A stretch of 64,000 nt of DNA from Phallusia mammillata (GCA_965637545.1 OZ281495.1:24924001-24988000), one strand, 5' to 3'; shown: positions 25,801 to 37,260, numbered from the stretch's first letter. A program made the numbers and translations. The notes: a model not told the origin generated them from the letters alone.

Positions 25801-28800
25801 GTTCTATCCGTGAAGCTAGATGAAATGATGCGACGAGAGCTTGGCCTACCGGTGCATCGGTCTGTGTTTTGGACAGACTCCACTGCCGTCCTACAGAGCA
25901 TCAGGAATTCGAAGAAGAGATTCCCTACGTTCGTTGCTAATCGAATTGCAAAGATTGAAAGGCAAAGCGATCCTTTAAGCTGGAGACATGTTCCTTCAAA
26001 GCTCAATCCGGCAGACGAGGCGTCACGTGGATTGACGTCAGAAGCGTTAGTGACGTCTGGCCGCTGGTTGCGCGGTCCGCAGTTTTTGTTGGAATCTGAG
26101 GATCACTGGCCTGTGAGTCCGATTGTTTTACCCGACTTGCCTGCTGAGTTCAGTCCCGTAAAAAAGCAGGAAGTCTCCATACATATGGTCGTAGAGAGGC
26201 AGTCCATAGTTGAGAGGATCATCCATCGGTACTCTTCGTTGCATCGTTTGAAAAAGAGTATCGCCTGGCTGCTTCGATATAAGAAGTTTTTACTGTCGCG
26301 TGTTCGCGGTAACAAGGCTGTGGTGGAGAATCGTGGATCATTATCTGTTGAAGAATTAAATGCTGCCGAACTGGAGTTGATTAAATATGTGCAGCGAAAG
26401 CATTTCAGCCCTGAGCTTGCTGCGTTGGAGAAGGGATCTCTTTCCAAGACCTCTGTGAAACGTCACATGTTCAAACTAAATCCAATGGTTGTTAACTCCG
26501 TGCTTCGAGTTGGTGGTCGACTAGAAAAGGCTTTCATTCCGTACGATGCCAAACATCCGATTCTTCTACCACATTCGTGTCATTTTACTGACTTGGTTAT
26601 CGAGAGACATCATCGTCTTGTCGGACATTCTGGGATGGGCCACACTTGGTCGTCGCTGCGCCAAAGGTTTTGGATACTTAAAGGTGGAGTAGCCGTACGC
26701 CGAGTGATTGGGAATTGCCTGTTCTGCAAGAGAAGAAATGCTTCCGCTGGAGTACAGAGGATGGCAGACCTTCCTTCAGCAAGACTGCATCCGGACGAGC
26801 CCCCGTTTTCACACGTAGGGGTGGATTATTTCGGTCCCTTTCCAGTTAGGCAGGGACGGAGCATCGTGAAACGGTACGGGGCAGTGTTTACCTGCCTATC
26901 AATTCGAGCTGTCCATATCGAAGTTGCCCACAGCCTATCTACAGACTCGTTCATCGACGCGCTTCGTCGCTTCATTGGTCGGCGTGGGAATCCTGTAAAT
27001 ATATATTCCGACAATGGGACGAACTTTGTCGGTGCAGAACGGATACTGAGAGAATCACTGCAGTCTTGGAACCAAGTTCACATTGAGGAGTACCTGAAAC
27101 AAAGCGGAATTCGTTGGTCGTTCAATCCCCCGACAGCCAGTCATATGGGAGGTGCGTGGGAACGAATGGTGCGCTCCATCCGGCGAATTCTGACGTCTCT
27201 GATGACACAGCAAGTTGTTTCCGACGAAACATTGTCAACGCTTTTTGTTGAGGTTGAGTCAATACTCAACTCGCGTCCTCTTATTCCTGTCACCTTTGAT
27301 CCCCGCGATGATGAGCCGATCACACCCAATCATCTCCTGCTCATGAGATGCAACTCGAATTTGCCTCCTGGCTTGTTCGACAAAAAGGACTGTTACGTGC
27401 GGCGCCGTTGGGCGCAAGTGCAGTACTTGGCGAATCAATTTTGGATCCGCTGGGTTCGCGAATATCTACCGAACATCATTTCCAGGCAGAAGTGGTTCCA
27501 GAAGAGGAGAGATCTCCAGATCAACGATGTGGTTCTCGTCGTGGATGATTCACAGCCACGCTCCAAGTGGTTGATGGGTCGCGTTGCGGATACATTTCCC
27601 GATAAAACGGGAACTGTACGCTCGGTGCTTGTGCAAACGCGATACAATCGTGTCAAACGACCGATTGCAAAACTTTGCTTGATTGTCGCCGCTGAAAGTG
27701 ATGCTTAGTGTGCTGTTTTGTTTATTGAATTTCGTTGAACGTTCGATGTTTGTTTGTGTGTGAAATGTATTTACCCGGGTCATACATTTAGGTGGGGGTA
27801 TGTTACATCTCCACGTTCAGTTACGCATGATTAACTTGTCTCATTATTCCACTGCTATGACGTTACAATCGCCATGTGCGTAACAGTAAAATTAGAAGGC
27901 CTTTGTCTGTATGTTGCAATGATTAGTTCATTTTACTGTACAACGTGGTCGAGTAAGGTGATTTATTACTGCATTAAGTAAATTCGTTTGTGTTGCATTT
28001 TTAGAGACGAATAAGGCTAAATTAAATATTGTGACGACTGACTAATTAATCTTCAAGTGAAGGCTGTTTACCGTGATTGTCGGTGAGTGTTTAATTCGAT
28101 TTGTGACCTAAATTAATTCATGGCTTTATGTGTGACTTATGGCATGCTGTATTTTCCTATAGTGATTGCAGCGATTGTTTCATCGTCTTGCAACTGTTGA
28201 TACGTGTACTGTACCTGTTGACCTGTGTCGCAAAATAGTTGGTAAGTTAGTCATTGGCATTTTTGTGCGTTGACATATGTCAATGTGTTTCGTTTTCTTG
28301 TTTAGAAAACCGTTCCCGTACCCGTTCCCGTTTCGTTCTCAACCCTGTTTCTGTCCGTTCCTGATTGTGTACGACGTTGTGGTTGTTGCCGCTGTTGTCG
28401 CTGTGGATTATTACACGTGATTCGGGAAGTGTGATTTGTGTGGGAAAGGGCGGGGCGTGTTTCAACGTGACAAACCCCTTTGTGAGGCTCAGCCTTGCAG
28501 GTCGGCCGTTCAGAGTCTACATTGTTGTTGACAGAGGGTAATTTTGAAACTTTTGCAGTTTAGAAAATCAATCTGAGATTATTCGTTGGAGCCTTGATTT
28601 GAGATGGCAAAAACCTGATAAACCAAATGGATTCTATAGCCTGAAAGACAGTGTCTTAATGAGGACTAAAAAGGATAAAGACTACAAAATTAATTGGGAT
28701 AAAATGGCAAACACTGACCGAACCAAATTGCAGATGGAAAAGTTGGTATGTTGATTTTGTGTTAGAAGATTCTTGCATTAAATGCTTTCAACTACTTTCC

Positions 28801-29238
28801 TGTAAAGATTCCAAGTTTCTTCCTGTTGGAAACAATCATGCTTAGTGAGGTTGTGTGCTTGTTGAACCAGTAAAATGAAATGATAAATTTCTAGCATAAC
28901 CAAGTAATATATATGTAATAATGCCTGTGTTATAGCAACATGGTGAAAGCCTAGTTTCTAGTGTCGTTTGCTTTTTATTTCACTGAAATGAGAAACTAGT
29001 ATTTGTATCAATTAAATTTAAATAATGAAGGATTGTTGGGGCTAATTACAAAATAAGCAAAGCAACCAAATTCAGGTTAATTTAGGATGTTAAAAATTGT
29101 TGTCCATTTCAGGATGAAGATAATGATGATCTAACCCCGGAGATCGGTGGTCCATGGATGAAACGTTGGGAAATAGTACATCACAATCGCCACACAGAAT
29201 CTTTGCAAGGGAACACAACGTCTTGGCACAAAGCATAG
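19873..29238 (+). CDS. PhyH-family Fe(II)/2-oxoglutarate dioxygenase, copy A (8 exons, 386 aa); intron 6 holds the BEL element
   Basis: Exons 19873-20073, 20145-20262, 20327-20529, 20608-20647, 20769-20863, 20928-21118, 28559-28745, 29113-29238 total 1161 nt in frame. PWHQD (HxD), LTAWIP, distal VPH, RWSLDLRW. Confidence 0.88.
21143..21863 (+). repeat. 5' LTR of the BEL/Pao element
   Basis: TGTTACATCT...GAGTCTACA; no difference from the 3' LTR found by eye. Confidence 0.95.
21973..27708 (+). CDS. BEL/Pao gag-pol polyprotein (1911 aa)
   Basis: Coiled-coil gag; three Cys-His knuckles (CLFCGKAHDLPKC, CFRCLTPGHRVRRC, CEENDC..HHTLLH); protease LDIGS; RT YVDD; RNase H HHFADAS/WTDS; integrase HH-CC, GVDYFGP, SDNGTNF, GGAWERMV. 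Order is PR-RT-RH-IN. Confidence 0.97.
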   Translation: MNSDTIEEDKGEQLIKLQRLLQESYTQTERLMVSPNNLVSVHSSVRIINERYRLLVEHITSNSPENEDLVKDLLKRYAEEKTEFDSRVAEWIEKAQPATSPPPQVGSKKSVKSCTSSCPTSASTSSSVRRTEARIKLEMARAKLRQAKERQDEENERRKKLLDDERKLRDEERKLRESERRLTADAEIREVQRQAELAEIEARGWEGKFEAEFVYPPTVERPFVQTVTECLKPVPRCDRQELPKVSHQPPIYATPQYDCQNRNNPTVAQEPRYSSDERFLPRPKIMSFNGDPMEYWTFIRNFEAHVATKVHSDDLRLVYLLQHCDDKVRPKIDHLTKRPVEGYRQARQKLFHEYGQPHIIANASEQHLKKSPRLKGDQPERLMQFADLLEKCLTTLEDIDEYAGLNSLDTMLQLIDKLPYRLQEKWIERSVEVLHRTNREAGFSHFVQFVSERAEVENSLYGSRIMGYRRDKDPGPPMRKPRASAYVVNPVEVRQRPTERPTTSATCLFCGKAHDLPKCFEFKRKTYSERVEFVSRKRLCFRCLTPGHRVRRCKARTACEENDCSSHYHHTLLHRPAPAAKPESQATPAEPQKVASCSVATPGECGYEDVYQCVVPVEVKYEGRKVLTYAFLDIGSTGTFCNQRLIKALGMKSETKEIVLQTLTDEAKEHTAVSVSFSVSPVGGGDDIFLPKVITVGEIPVRPNPILSKEALRGAPHLRDLDFPLIEKGTVTLLIGLDNPDALFIEEMRRGPKGKPFAVKTPFGWTLFGPSLLPCASSRYQVNFVKSRDSSLQKQISSLWETDFGNETAVLDFPTSREDRKTYGIMQKNVKMVEGHYELPLPWRESSACLPDNKPMAERRLTYLKRRLEKDHSLKGKYVSTIQSYLEKGYAREIPREEIESVDGVCWYLPHHPVLHPRKPDKVRVVFDCAAKHKGVSLNDVLMQGPDLVNSLVGVLTRFRKERYALVADIESMFHQIRVTPKDRDALRFLWWPGGDLTNQPTAHQMTVHLFGATSSPSCASFCLKQTALDFGQDFNAQASSVVRRNFYVDDCLTSVASTVEGIQMTKEISDLLSRGGFHLTKWLSNNQKILSKIPEEERSKAVRNKSLSDDVTERVLGVHWNVHEDTFGFKVNLPETAKTRRGLLSALSSLHDPLGFVAPCTLGAKLLLQGLCKRGVGWDDCILESEATQWSEWLGRLPKLHDLCLPRCFKPDDFGDVQSWELHHFADASSVAYGAVCYLRIVDVGSRVHCVFLVGKCRLAPLKTVSIPRLELTAAVLSVKLDEMMRRELGLPVHRSVFWTDSTAVLQSIRNSKKRFPTFVANRIAKIERQSDPLSWRHVPSKLNPADEASRGLTSEALVTSGRWLRGPQFLLESEDHWPVSPIVLPDLPAEFSPVKKQEVSIHMVVERQSIVERIIHRYSSLHRLKKSIAWLLRYKKFLLSRVRGNKAVVENRGSLSVEELNAAELELIKYVQRKHFSPELAALEKGSLSKTSVKRHMFKLNPMVVNSVLRVGGRLEKAFIPYDAKHPILLPHSCHFTDLVIERHHRLVGHSGMGHTWSSLRQRFWILKGGVAVRRVIGNCLFCKRRNASAGVQRMADLPSARLHPDEPPFSHVGVDYFGPFPVRQGRSIVKRYGAVFTCLSIRAVHIEVAHSLSTDSFIDALRRFIGRRGNPVNIYSDNGTNFVGAERILRESLQSWNQVHIEEYLKQSGIRWSFNPPTASHMGGAWERMVRSIRRILTSLMTQQVVSDETLSTLFVEVESILNSRPLIPVTFDPRDDEPITPNHLLLMRCNSNLPPGLFDKKDCYVRRRWAQVQYLANQFWIRWVREYLPNIISRQKWFQKRRDLQINDVVLVVDDSQPRSKWLMGRVADTFPDKTGTVRSVLVQTRYNRVKRPIAKLCLIVAAESDA
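27801..28521 (+). repeat. 3' LTR of the BEL/Pao element
   Basis: Offset 6658 bp from the 5' LTR; the ORF track gives the same 61-aa translation in both LTRs. Confidence 0.95.
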
Positions 29239-29374
29239 ATTGCAAATGTGCCAATCTTTTAAAGTTCAATTTATAACCTAATTCTGTGTTATTGTTTTTA
29301 CCCTTTGAAAGTTCCATAAATGCAATTATTGTGTGGTGCTATTGCGTAAAAGTTTATAAATACAATGTGCAATT

Positions 29375-29475
29375 ATCACTGATGATGGCATGAGCATTTG
29401 CCGAAACGTTTGAACTATAAAGCATGTCGCTTTTTACGTCTATTTTCACCATTAAACTTATGAACAGATCCGTAT
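29375..29475 (+). ncRNA. Putative minimal type I hammerhead ribozyme-like repeat, copy 1
   Basis: CTGATGA-T-GGCA[TGAGCATT]TGCC-GAAAC-GTT (core 29379-29410). The downstream ~65 nt are shared with the copy at 57422-57545. Confidence 0.5.
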
Positions 29476-30277
29476 ACAGTGTTCCAAGGTGCAATTAAAA
29501 GTGCAAAAAAATGTAATATGAGTTGACTCGTAAACATATCTTGTTTGTCAGACTGAAACGTGCAGCATCATCGTAATACCTGACGTCAATTAAGCGTTAA
29601 GGTTGAAGGCACATATTTGTTTGAGCGCACACAGTCAACAGCGCTTGTGCAAGCGATACAGGCAGTGGTAATATTTTATTGCCCAATAGTTTTGAAAGGC
29701 TTGACCAAAGCGGCGACCCACTAGCAAGTTTTATTTGTGTGACGTTTCAAAAGTAGACAAGCTAGATGCCTATCGTCACAAATTAAAATCAATTTTAGAA
29801 ATGTAGTATATGAGTAATACACTGAAGGTCACTCAATAGTGGTAAAGCTTTTCCAAGGTCACTGGCCAGGTTAGCCCTTATGCATGTTTCTAAATGGGTA
29901 AAGTGATTTTGTACGTCACCCTTTAAAGTTTAAAGAGAAAGTCCAAGCGCTCGTGGATTAAGTTAAGTGCAAGTTTTGGGATCAAGATAAATTGACATGT
30001 TTATTCGAGCTTGACCCAAAAGAGAAAAACGCAATAGACGAATACGTCACATCGGCGGTTAGGTAGTTCGTCAAGTTTGTTGTAGGCTGGTAAGGTAAAT
30101 TGGAATGCAAGACACGTGCAGTGAGATAGGTTGCTATACGACTTCCGCCACAAAGTTATCACGCGAAAAAGACTGTAGCAATAAATGTTTTGCCTTTTGA
30201 TTCACTGCTCATTTACGATAATGCTTTGAACCTTAGCGAACTTAGTGGTGGCAAAAAAACGTAAACGAATTAATTCA

Positions 30278-32636
30278 ATGGAGAAACGCACCAGATCAGC
30301 TCGTGAAAATGGCATAAAAAAACAAAAAAAGTCGGAAGATTTTTCTTACTTGCATATTGAACCGCCGCCTTGCCCTGAAGTTTACGTGACCAAACCACAT
30401 CAGCCAACAGAAAAGAAGAAAGGGCAACTAACAGAAAAACAATTGGATCAATTCTTCGATAAGGTACAGTGGACCATTGTTGAAATTTGCACGTTTTGAT
30501 AGTCAATTGTCTTTTCACTATTACGTGTAAATTTAAATACAGTTGTTTCGATATTATTTCCAGGGCTTCGTCGTGGTAGACGACTTTTTTGAACCGAATC
30601 GACTTGACGAGGTGCGAAAAGCTGTGGATGCGTTGGTGGACAAAACGGCAAATAAGTTGTTTAAAGGAGGGAAAATTAAAAGTAAACATGGGCTCTAGCC
30701 CCAATCATGATACATGAAACGCGTTTATTTGTTGGTAACTACTAACTTTGTTTCTAGACAAACACGAAGACAAAGGATTTCTTGATCGCCTGTTACACCT
30801 AGAAAAAGAATTTAAAGGGGCCACAATTGTAATGATTAAGTTGGGCTTACTTCCTGAGGAGCTGCAAAACCTCTGGTCCGACGAGAGACTTCTTAATGTC
30901 GCCGAGCAGATCGTTGGACCCGAAATTGCTGGACACCCTGTTTGGAACCTTCGCTGTAAGGTAACATACATGCATCCTAAAGCCAGATAGAAACCGCGTT
31001 TTTCGGTGTTATCAATTTTCAGACTCCCCATAACGAGCAGACAACTGTTCCCTGGCATCAAGGTAAAATGTATATCATACCTAGGAATTATATTGTATAA
31101 AAAGTAGATTTTGTGTGCAAAGATTTATGCAAGCTTTGTGTAATTATCTGTAAAACGTAAGTTTTTATAATTTTTGTTTCAGACAACGCTTATTTGGAAC
31201 CACGCAGCGTGGAAGTGATGATGCTTACTGCATGGATACCGTTGATAAACGCTAACAGCGTAAACGGATGTTTACAGGCAAGTGTATAGATCCTTAGTTT
31301 TGGTGTGTCCAGTATCGCTTTGGCTCAAGTACCTTACACTGAATTAGACGACGGACCACTACAATTGGTTTATGAAATCGTTTAAATTACCTTCATATTG
31401 AAGTGTTATTACGATTTAATTACCACATCCGAAATGCTTATAACCAAGGTTTGTTTGATGGGTATTATAAAATAATATACCAGCAACCAACGCAAAAAAG
31501 GTGTGCATGTCGCAGCTGGCACATTCTGGTGGTGTCAAAATGCCTGCTTATGGGGCTCTGATTTTGAACACTAAACAGGAATAAATAGTTGCCTAATTTG
31601 ATTTGACGTTACGCAGGTTGCATCAGGTGGGCATAGAAAAGGCAAGACGGCTCGCCATACATGCTGCGCGGGAGGGACTTGGTATGTTGAAGTTGACGAG
31701 CAAACAATGGCTGCTGATTTGGAAGTTGACCTGGAGAGAGACCGGGTAACATGTGAGGTTCCTTATGGAGGAGTATTGTTTATGAACAATGCTATTCCAC
31801 ACCGAAGGTAACTGCCAATATGCGTGAATAGTAAAAACAACCTTAAACCGTATCAATTGCTCTTTGCAGTTTGGAAAATCGATCAGAAAATGTTCGATGG
31901 AGTCTTGATCTCAGATGGCAGCGTGCAGACAAACCAAACTACTTTTACGGCCTAAAAGACTCCGTGCTTTTGAGAACGGCTAAAGACAAAGACTATCAAA
32001 TAAACTGGGACAAAATGGCTAATATTAACCGAAATAAGTTGGAAATGGATAAAGTGGTAATTTTGTAGTGACACAAAATCCGAGGCTTACAGATATGTCC
32101 GGTAGTCCTTCCTAAAGCAGTCGTCCTTCACCGATTGCAGTAGTTGCGGCCTTGTAAATGAATACGAACGCTATATTCCATTTAAATTGTGTAAACTGTA
32201 AACCACTAAGTTCTTTAGCGTTTCCTGCGTTTTGCTGACATTTTAGTTCGAAGCATGATGTCGTATGGGCAAAATTTTGTAAATCTTCATGAGTGAAATG
32301 GGTCGAGGAGCAATAACTGACACTGGCATAAAGCACAAAAATAATAATCTTTGGCTGCAGTTAAAACGATGACGATGGGTTAAATTGTTTATTGAATGTT
32401 TTGTACAATTCTTTATTTTTTAGACATTTTATAATTAGACATTTGTGGAAGCAAACAGTTAACATGCAACTGCTGTATATAGTTCATCCTCTCCAGGTTT
32501 TGGCGCACCTTAGCGTTTTATTTCTCGTTTTAAGGATGAAGACACAACCGATGAATTCAACACAGAAATTTCTGGTCCGTGGATGAAGAGATGGGAAATA
32601 GTTCATCACAACCGACATACGGATGCACTCAAGTAA
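30278..32636 (+). CDS. PhyH-family Fe(II)/2-oxoglutarate dioxygenase, copy B (8 exons, 373 aa)
   Basis: Exons 30278-30463, 30564-30681, 30758-30960, 31023-31062, 31183-31277, 31617-31807, 31870-32056, 32535-32636. The six internal exon lengths equal those of copy A. HQD and IPH motifs are intact. Confidence 0.9.
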
Positions 32637-32937
32637 ATCTTACAAATCCCGTTCGTGATGACAGTTAAACGTTTTGTATACATGATTGGAGTGCGCTAAA
32701 TTCTTAACCTGTGCGTGAAAAATATACATTTTGCTTCACAAACATAATTGGAACCATATGCGCCAAATTCTTAACTAGTGTGCAAAAGAAGTAAATTATA
32801 CGCATTTTTTACGATAATTAACAAACAGAAACTGAAAACACTAATTACCAGCAAACTAATATAGCACAAAAACATTGTCCAGCAGAAATGTGAAATACAC
32901 ATACGTCAAGTGTAAGGTTTAATGCTGAAAAATTGCA

Positions 32938-34489
32938 TCAATTTGTTTCATCACCATGGCTTTTACTAAATACAATTTGTCCATTGTTGTGGAGAAAGGC
33001 AATCATAGTACATGCGGTGAACAACAACGAAGTCGTCCCAGCGAGAATCATAGTAAGCCAAAATACCGAAGTAAAGTTGCCCAGAAAGTCAACAACGACT
33101 CCTGAAAAAATATGCATAAAAGTAGAATGAAACAGAAGCAACATAACAATATTTGATCGTTTACCTGACAAAGCTCCACTGATCAGCAGGGCAAGTCCGG
33201 ATGCGGCAAAAAGCACTGTAAATGTCACTTCTCTTATGCTCGGAGCACTGCATGTAGCCGCAATCGTGATTACAGTAGTTGCAGTTACACCAAATGCACA
33301 ACCGTACGCTACACAGTAAAACACAAGCAAAGCGAAATTTGAACTTGTAGTAGGTATAAACTGCACAGCAGTCATAATCCCAAAACAAAGGCATGTCAGT
33401 TGCAAAATGCCTCTGCGTAAAAATGCTGATTTTGAAATTGCCAACCCGGAAAAAAATCTTCCCAGACAATCTCCAACAGAGATAACGGAGAGTAACACAG
33501 CACTATTCGATTCGCTAAAACCAAGCTCAAGTGAGTACGGAACTATAAATACATTTGGGAGATACATGGAAAGTGCACTAACCATATCGGCCAATATGAA
33601 ACAAAAACCAAGCCAATATCTCCTGAAAAAACGATTAATTCGGCCATCCTTAACGCTAGCCACTGAATTGTTTTCGATGCAGCTTTCCTCCTGTAGAGTG
33701 TTGTGATCTCCACCATTTTTGTCAGGATCTTTTATCACCGATATTGGGTGGATCAAAGCTCCAAATACGCAGGCATTAAGACTGATTGCCCCCAAAATGA
33801 GAAATGAACCTCTCCAGCCAAATTGGCTCAACAAATATTGGGCTGGATATGGTAATATCACTCCGTACAATGTGGATCCGCTCAGACTAATGCCGTTTGC
33901 AAGCGCTGTGTTTGTAGAGAAGTATTGCGAGACCTGAGTCATGCATGTAAAGGAAGCCAAGCCGTAACCAGTACCTAAAAGTACAATACTAAGTAAAACT
34001 ATTGCAAAATTCAGCTTTACACAAGCTTATGTAGTTCGTAGTTTTAACGTACCCATGATAAATCCACACAAGTACGCCACAAATATGTTTGGTGCGAAAG
34101 AACAAATTACCATTCCAACACATGACATAAGGCCGCCCAACATCACAATCTGTCTTTCTTCCAACCATTTTCGTAGAACTTGAGCAAATAAACCTGTGTG
34201 CACAAAAGCGTGGAATATGAAATATACCTTTAAGTGTAATAAATAAATTAATAAACTTACCAGAAAATGTAAGCGTGCTCATGATGAAGGTTAACAACCA
34301 CGATATTGCTGTATTGCCTACACCAAAGTCGTCCCTCAATTCGTTAAAATATACACCAAGACTTTTCGGAATTCCAAAACCGATTCCCATATTGTTAAAA
34401 GTAGCAAATACAACAATCCAGGCCCATCCGCCGTTCGGCGAACGTTCCACATTTTCTATTCCATTTAAAGTTTTGATGCGTAAACCCAT
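32938..34489 (-). CDS. SLC16/monocarboxylate-transporter-family MFS protein, paralogue 1 (447 aa)
   Basis: PNGGWAWIVV TM1 motif, QYF...ALANG, FGWRGSFLI. Exons 229/141/810/164 nt (34261-34489, 34053-34193, 33165-33974, 32938-33101). Confidence 0.9.
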
Positions 34490-34926
34490 TTTGTTCCAAG
34501 TCTCCAAATGTTGAAGGTTCTGATCAAAATTTTATTTAAGCAAGTTTCATTGGCAAAACTACCTCTGTGTGCAACCTTTATTGGCAAACAGACAGCATAT
34601 TTGCTTAGCCAGACAGGCGATCATAAATCGGTTAATTACGGCCCGGGAAAGAGTACTGACAGACTGTTATCACTAAACTGTAAACAAAAAACGAGACTTA
34701 CTAGTAAAGTGCTTCTCAAAGAAAACAAACAAATTTACCCAAAAATCATATTTTAAGCATATTTTAAAAATTTCTGATAACCTTGTCGTACAAACCTGAA
34801 CAGCTGCTAAACCAGTCTACTCTTGAGCTAAAACTTTGAAAAGCAAAACAGCAAGTTGAACCATGTTACTAGGGGCTGCTAAACCTGACTCGGCTCGTTT
34901 TTCGCTGCAAACATATTGGTGCACGG

Positions 34927-34955
34927 ACGCACACACACGCGCGCGCGCACACACA
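34927..34955. repeat. (CA)n(CG)n(CA)n alternating purine-pyrimidine tract
   Basis: ACGCACACACACGCGCGCGCGCACACACA; homologous tracts at 40852-40894 and 43061-43095. Confidence 0.85.
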
Positions 34956-35199
34956 AACATCAACATGTCCTAAAAAACTCCTTATCTTATCATACAATAA
35001 TGCCTCAATTTCTGTGTAAACGTCTTCCAGTTGGGGCCGATAAACCTATACTGTTTCTTAAAAAAGAGCGTTAAGATAAAAAAAGTAACTGTGTATACAA
35101 GTGTTAAGCGCATAGTACGAAGTTACTTGTGCGTGTGCGGGAAAATGCTTTCTGGAACTTGCAGCATCAGCGTTATACCTGACGTCAATTGAGTGTTAA

Positions 35200-37260
35200 A
35201 GGGCCCCGGCAGCGGCGATGTGACTTTTTCTACATTTAAGATATTTAGAATTGCCAAAAATCAGGGATTCCGAATCACTAATTTTTTTTGTCCTATGATT
35301 TCTCGTTTTCGAGATATTCAATCAAACAATGAGCTCTCGAGCGACACCTTGGTTTGATGTGTAGCAGCGATTGTTACGTCACCTCGTACCAACTTCTAAC
35401 AATGGCGTTGGTCAGCTGTTGTTTTTATTGCTTGTTTTAGCTTTGATGCGTACATTTTTTTATTGTTTACAACTGATAAAATTAACGTAGTATACGTAGT
35501 TGACAGTTAAGCAATAAATAACAACTGTTTGCTTAAAAAGGTAGGTGTTTTGTTGTTGACAAAAGGTATTTTCCACCTAACAGAAATATTGTAGGTGTTT
35601 ATGTACTAACTATGTGATAATGGAGGAGAGAAAATCATGTGTTTGCTGCCATGAAATTAGTAAGTGCAACAGCAGTTAGCCAAGTTCAACGAATATTCTG
35701 AGTCGAATCTGCTTTGTATAAAAGCATATCCTGGATTTGAATCTATATGTGTCTCAACGTGTATTAGAAGCAGCATGTTATCGATTTAAACGTCAATTGG
35801 GAAATCATGATGAGGGTAATTGACACCCGTCACGAGTAAGTTTTACTGTACTAACTACTATAACATGCAACCAGCAACCTCTATGCGTTACAGATATACT
35901 GCCTACAGAAAATTTGTTGAATGTTGCTGGGGAAGACTTCAGAGTTACGTTGCCAGACTGACAGCCACTTGTCAACTATAAGTTGTGAAATCCCTTGTGA
36001 CGTTGCTGCACAACAATACATGTGGTTGCATATGCTTTTCACCCAAGGTCCCAACTCTTTGCAATAGGCTTTGTTAGAAATGGCTGTCAGTTTCTTTTGG
36101 ATTTCTGAATTCAAAACCATAAACACAAATATACTGGTGTATGCTCATCTTTTATTTCTATCATACTTGTAGCTACATGCCAAACATATAGTTTTGTTTC
36201 TGACGATTCTTCACAAATGTATTTAATGATTTGTGGATGCATGTCAGTCACAAAGGCTTTAATAAACAATCCTTTGCTTGTGATGTTTTCAATGCATCCC
36301 AAGAATCCTTCTTTTTCCATATCATTGCTGTTTGCCACTTCATTGCTCTAGAAAATATTTTGAAATTACCAACTGAATACATGAACAAGGTTAATATCAA
36401 CAATTTTATTGTTGCAAAGATCCATCATCCATCATTGTGTATGTACCAAATTTAGCTGAGTGTCCAGGGAAATCTGCAGTTAATTTACTTCTGGTACTCC
36501 GTTTAAGAGGTAAAGAAGTTTTCCTTGACACACAATGTAATTTGGTTCATAGCTAATTAGAATGGTTTTTTTTATCACACCTTTTATTTCATAACCACAC
36601 TTTTTTGTAATTACCAAGTAAATGGCATGAAAATAAACTAAATTAGTATGACATAATGGTAATATTAAGGACTATAATGTTAAATGAGATTATGTCAGAA
36701 AACAATTAACTAAAGCATACCATATGCTACTTTTCTTGCAGCTGCTCTCAATGCCATTTCTTGCTGAAGAAGACTGTTCTAATGAATACATGGAATGGCA
36801 TTTGGCTTTAACACCAGAACTTTTGCCATACCCCTGTCTGCTGCATTTTTTTTGTGAAACATTCATCTGTGAAATGTAGGCAACAAAGAACACTGTATTT
36901 CGTTGGTTCCTTTTTTTCACTGCAACCATACAAAGAACACACTGCAGGCATTTTTGCACACTTGAGTATAAAAATGAAAACATTTAAACACCAAAATACC
37001 TAAACTGACTAACGTAATTGGCGTCGCAGAACGTTAACAACCACCGACTACAAACAAGCTCCAAACCAAGTTGGTACGAGGTGACGTCACATGACGTTTG
37101 AGCTAAGTGACAAAATATCCGCAAGGTGTCAGTGTTTTTAGATTTAAAACGTAAATATTTGACTAGTAACTTCGATTTTTGTGGTTTTAAACCTGAAATC
37201 GTGTTTATAAAAATACGACAAACAACATATTAAAAAATAATTTTCCGGTGCCGGGGCTCT
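35200..37260 (-). mobile_element. Decayed, probably internally deleted Kolobok-type DNA transposon
   Basis: TTAA TSD (35196-35199, 37261-37264). Termini AGGGCCCCGGCA / TGCCGGGGCTCT, with an inverted subterminal ACGTCACCTCGTACCAACTT ~175-195 bp inside each end. Minus-strand transposase fragments (DMEKEG...FVTDMHPQI...VWHVA; ELGPWVKSICNHMY...KWLSV). Convergent Cys-rich KolX-like remnant (CVCCHEI...PGFESIC) at ~35620-35830. Confidence 0.8.

Larger units (their letters stand above)
21143..28521 (+). mobile_element. Full-length BEL/Pao LTR retrotransposon
   Basis: 721-bp TG...CA LTRs at 21143-21863 and 27801-28521; 5-bp TSD TTGTT (21138-21142, 28522-28526); purine-rich PPT AGGTGGGGGTA before the 3' LTR; single gag-pol ORF. 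Confidence 0.97.

Noticed and set aside
32938-33960. 340-aa ORF suggesting a longer last exon in SLC16-1
   Set aside because: It reads through a 63-nt stop-free intron (33102-33164). The same intron has in-frame stops in paralogues 2 and 3.
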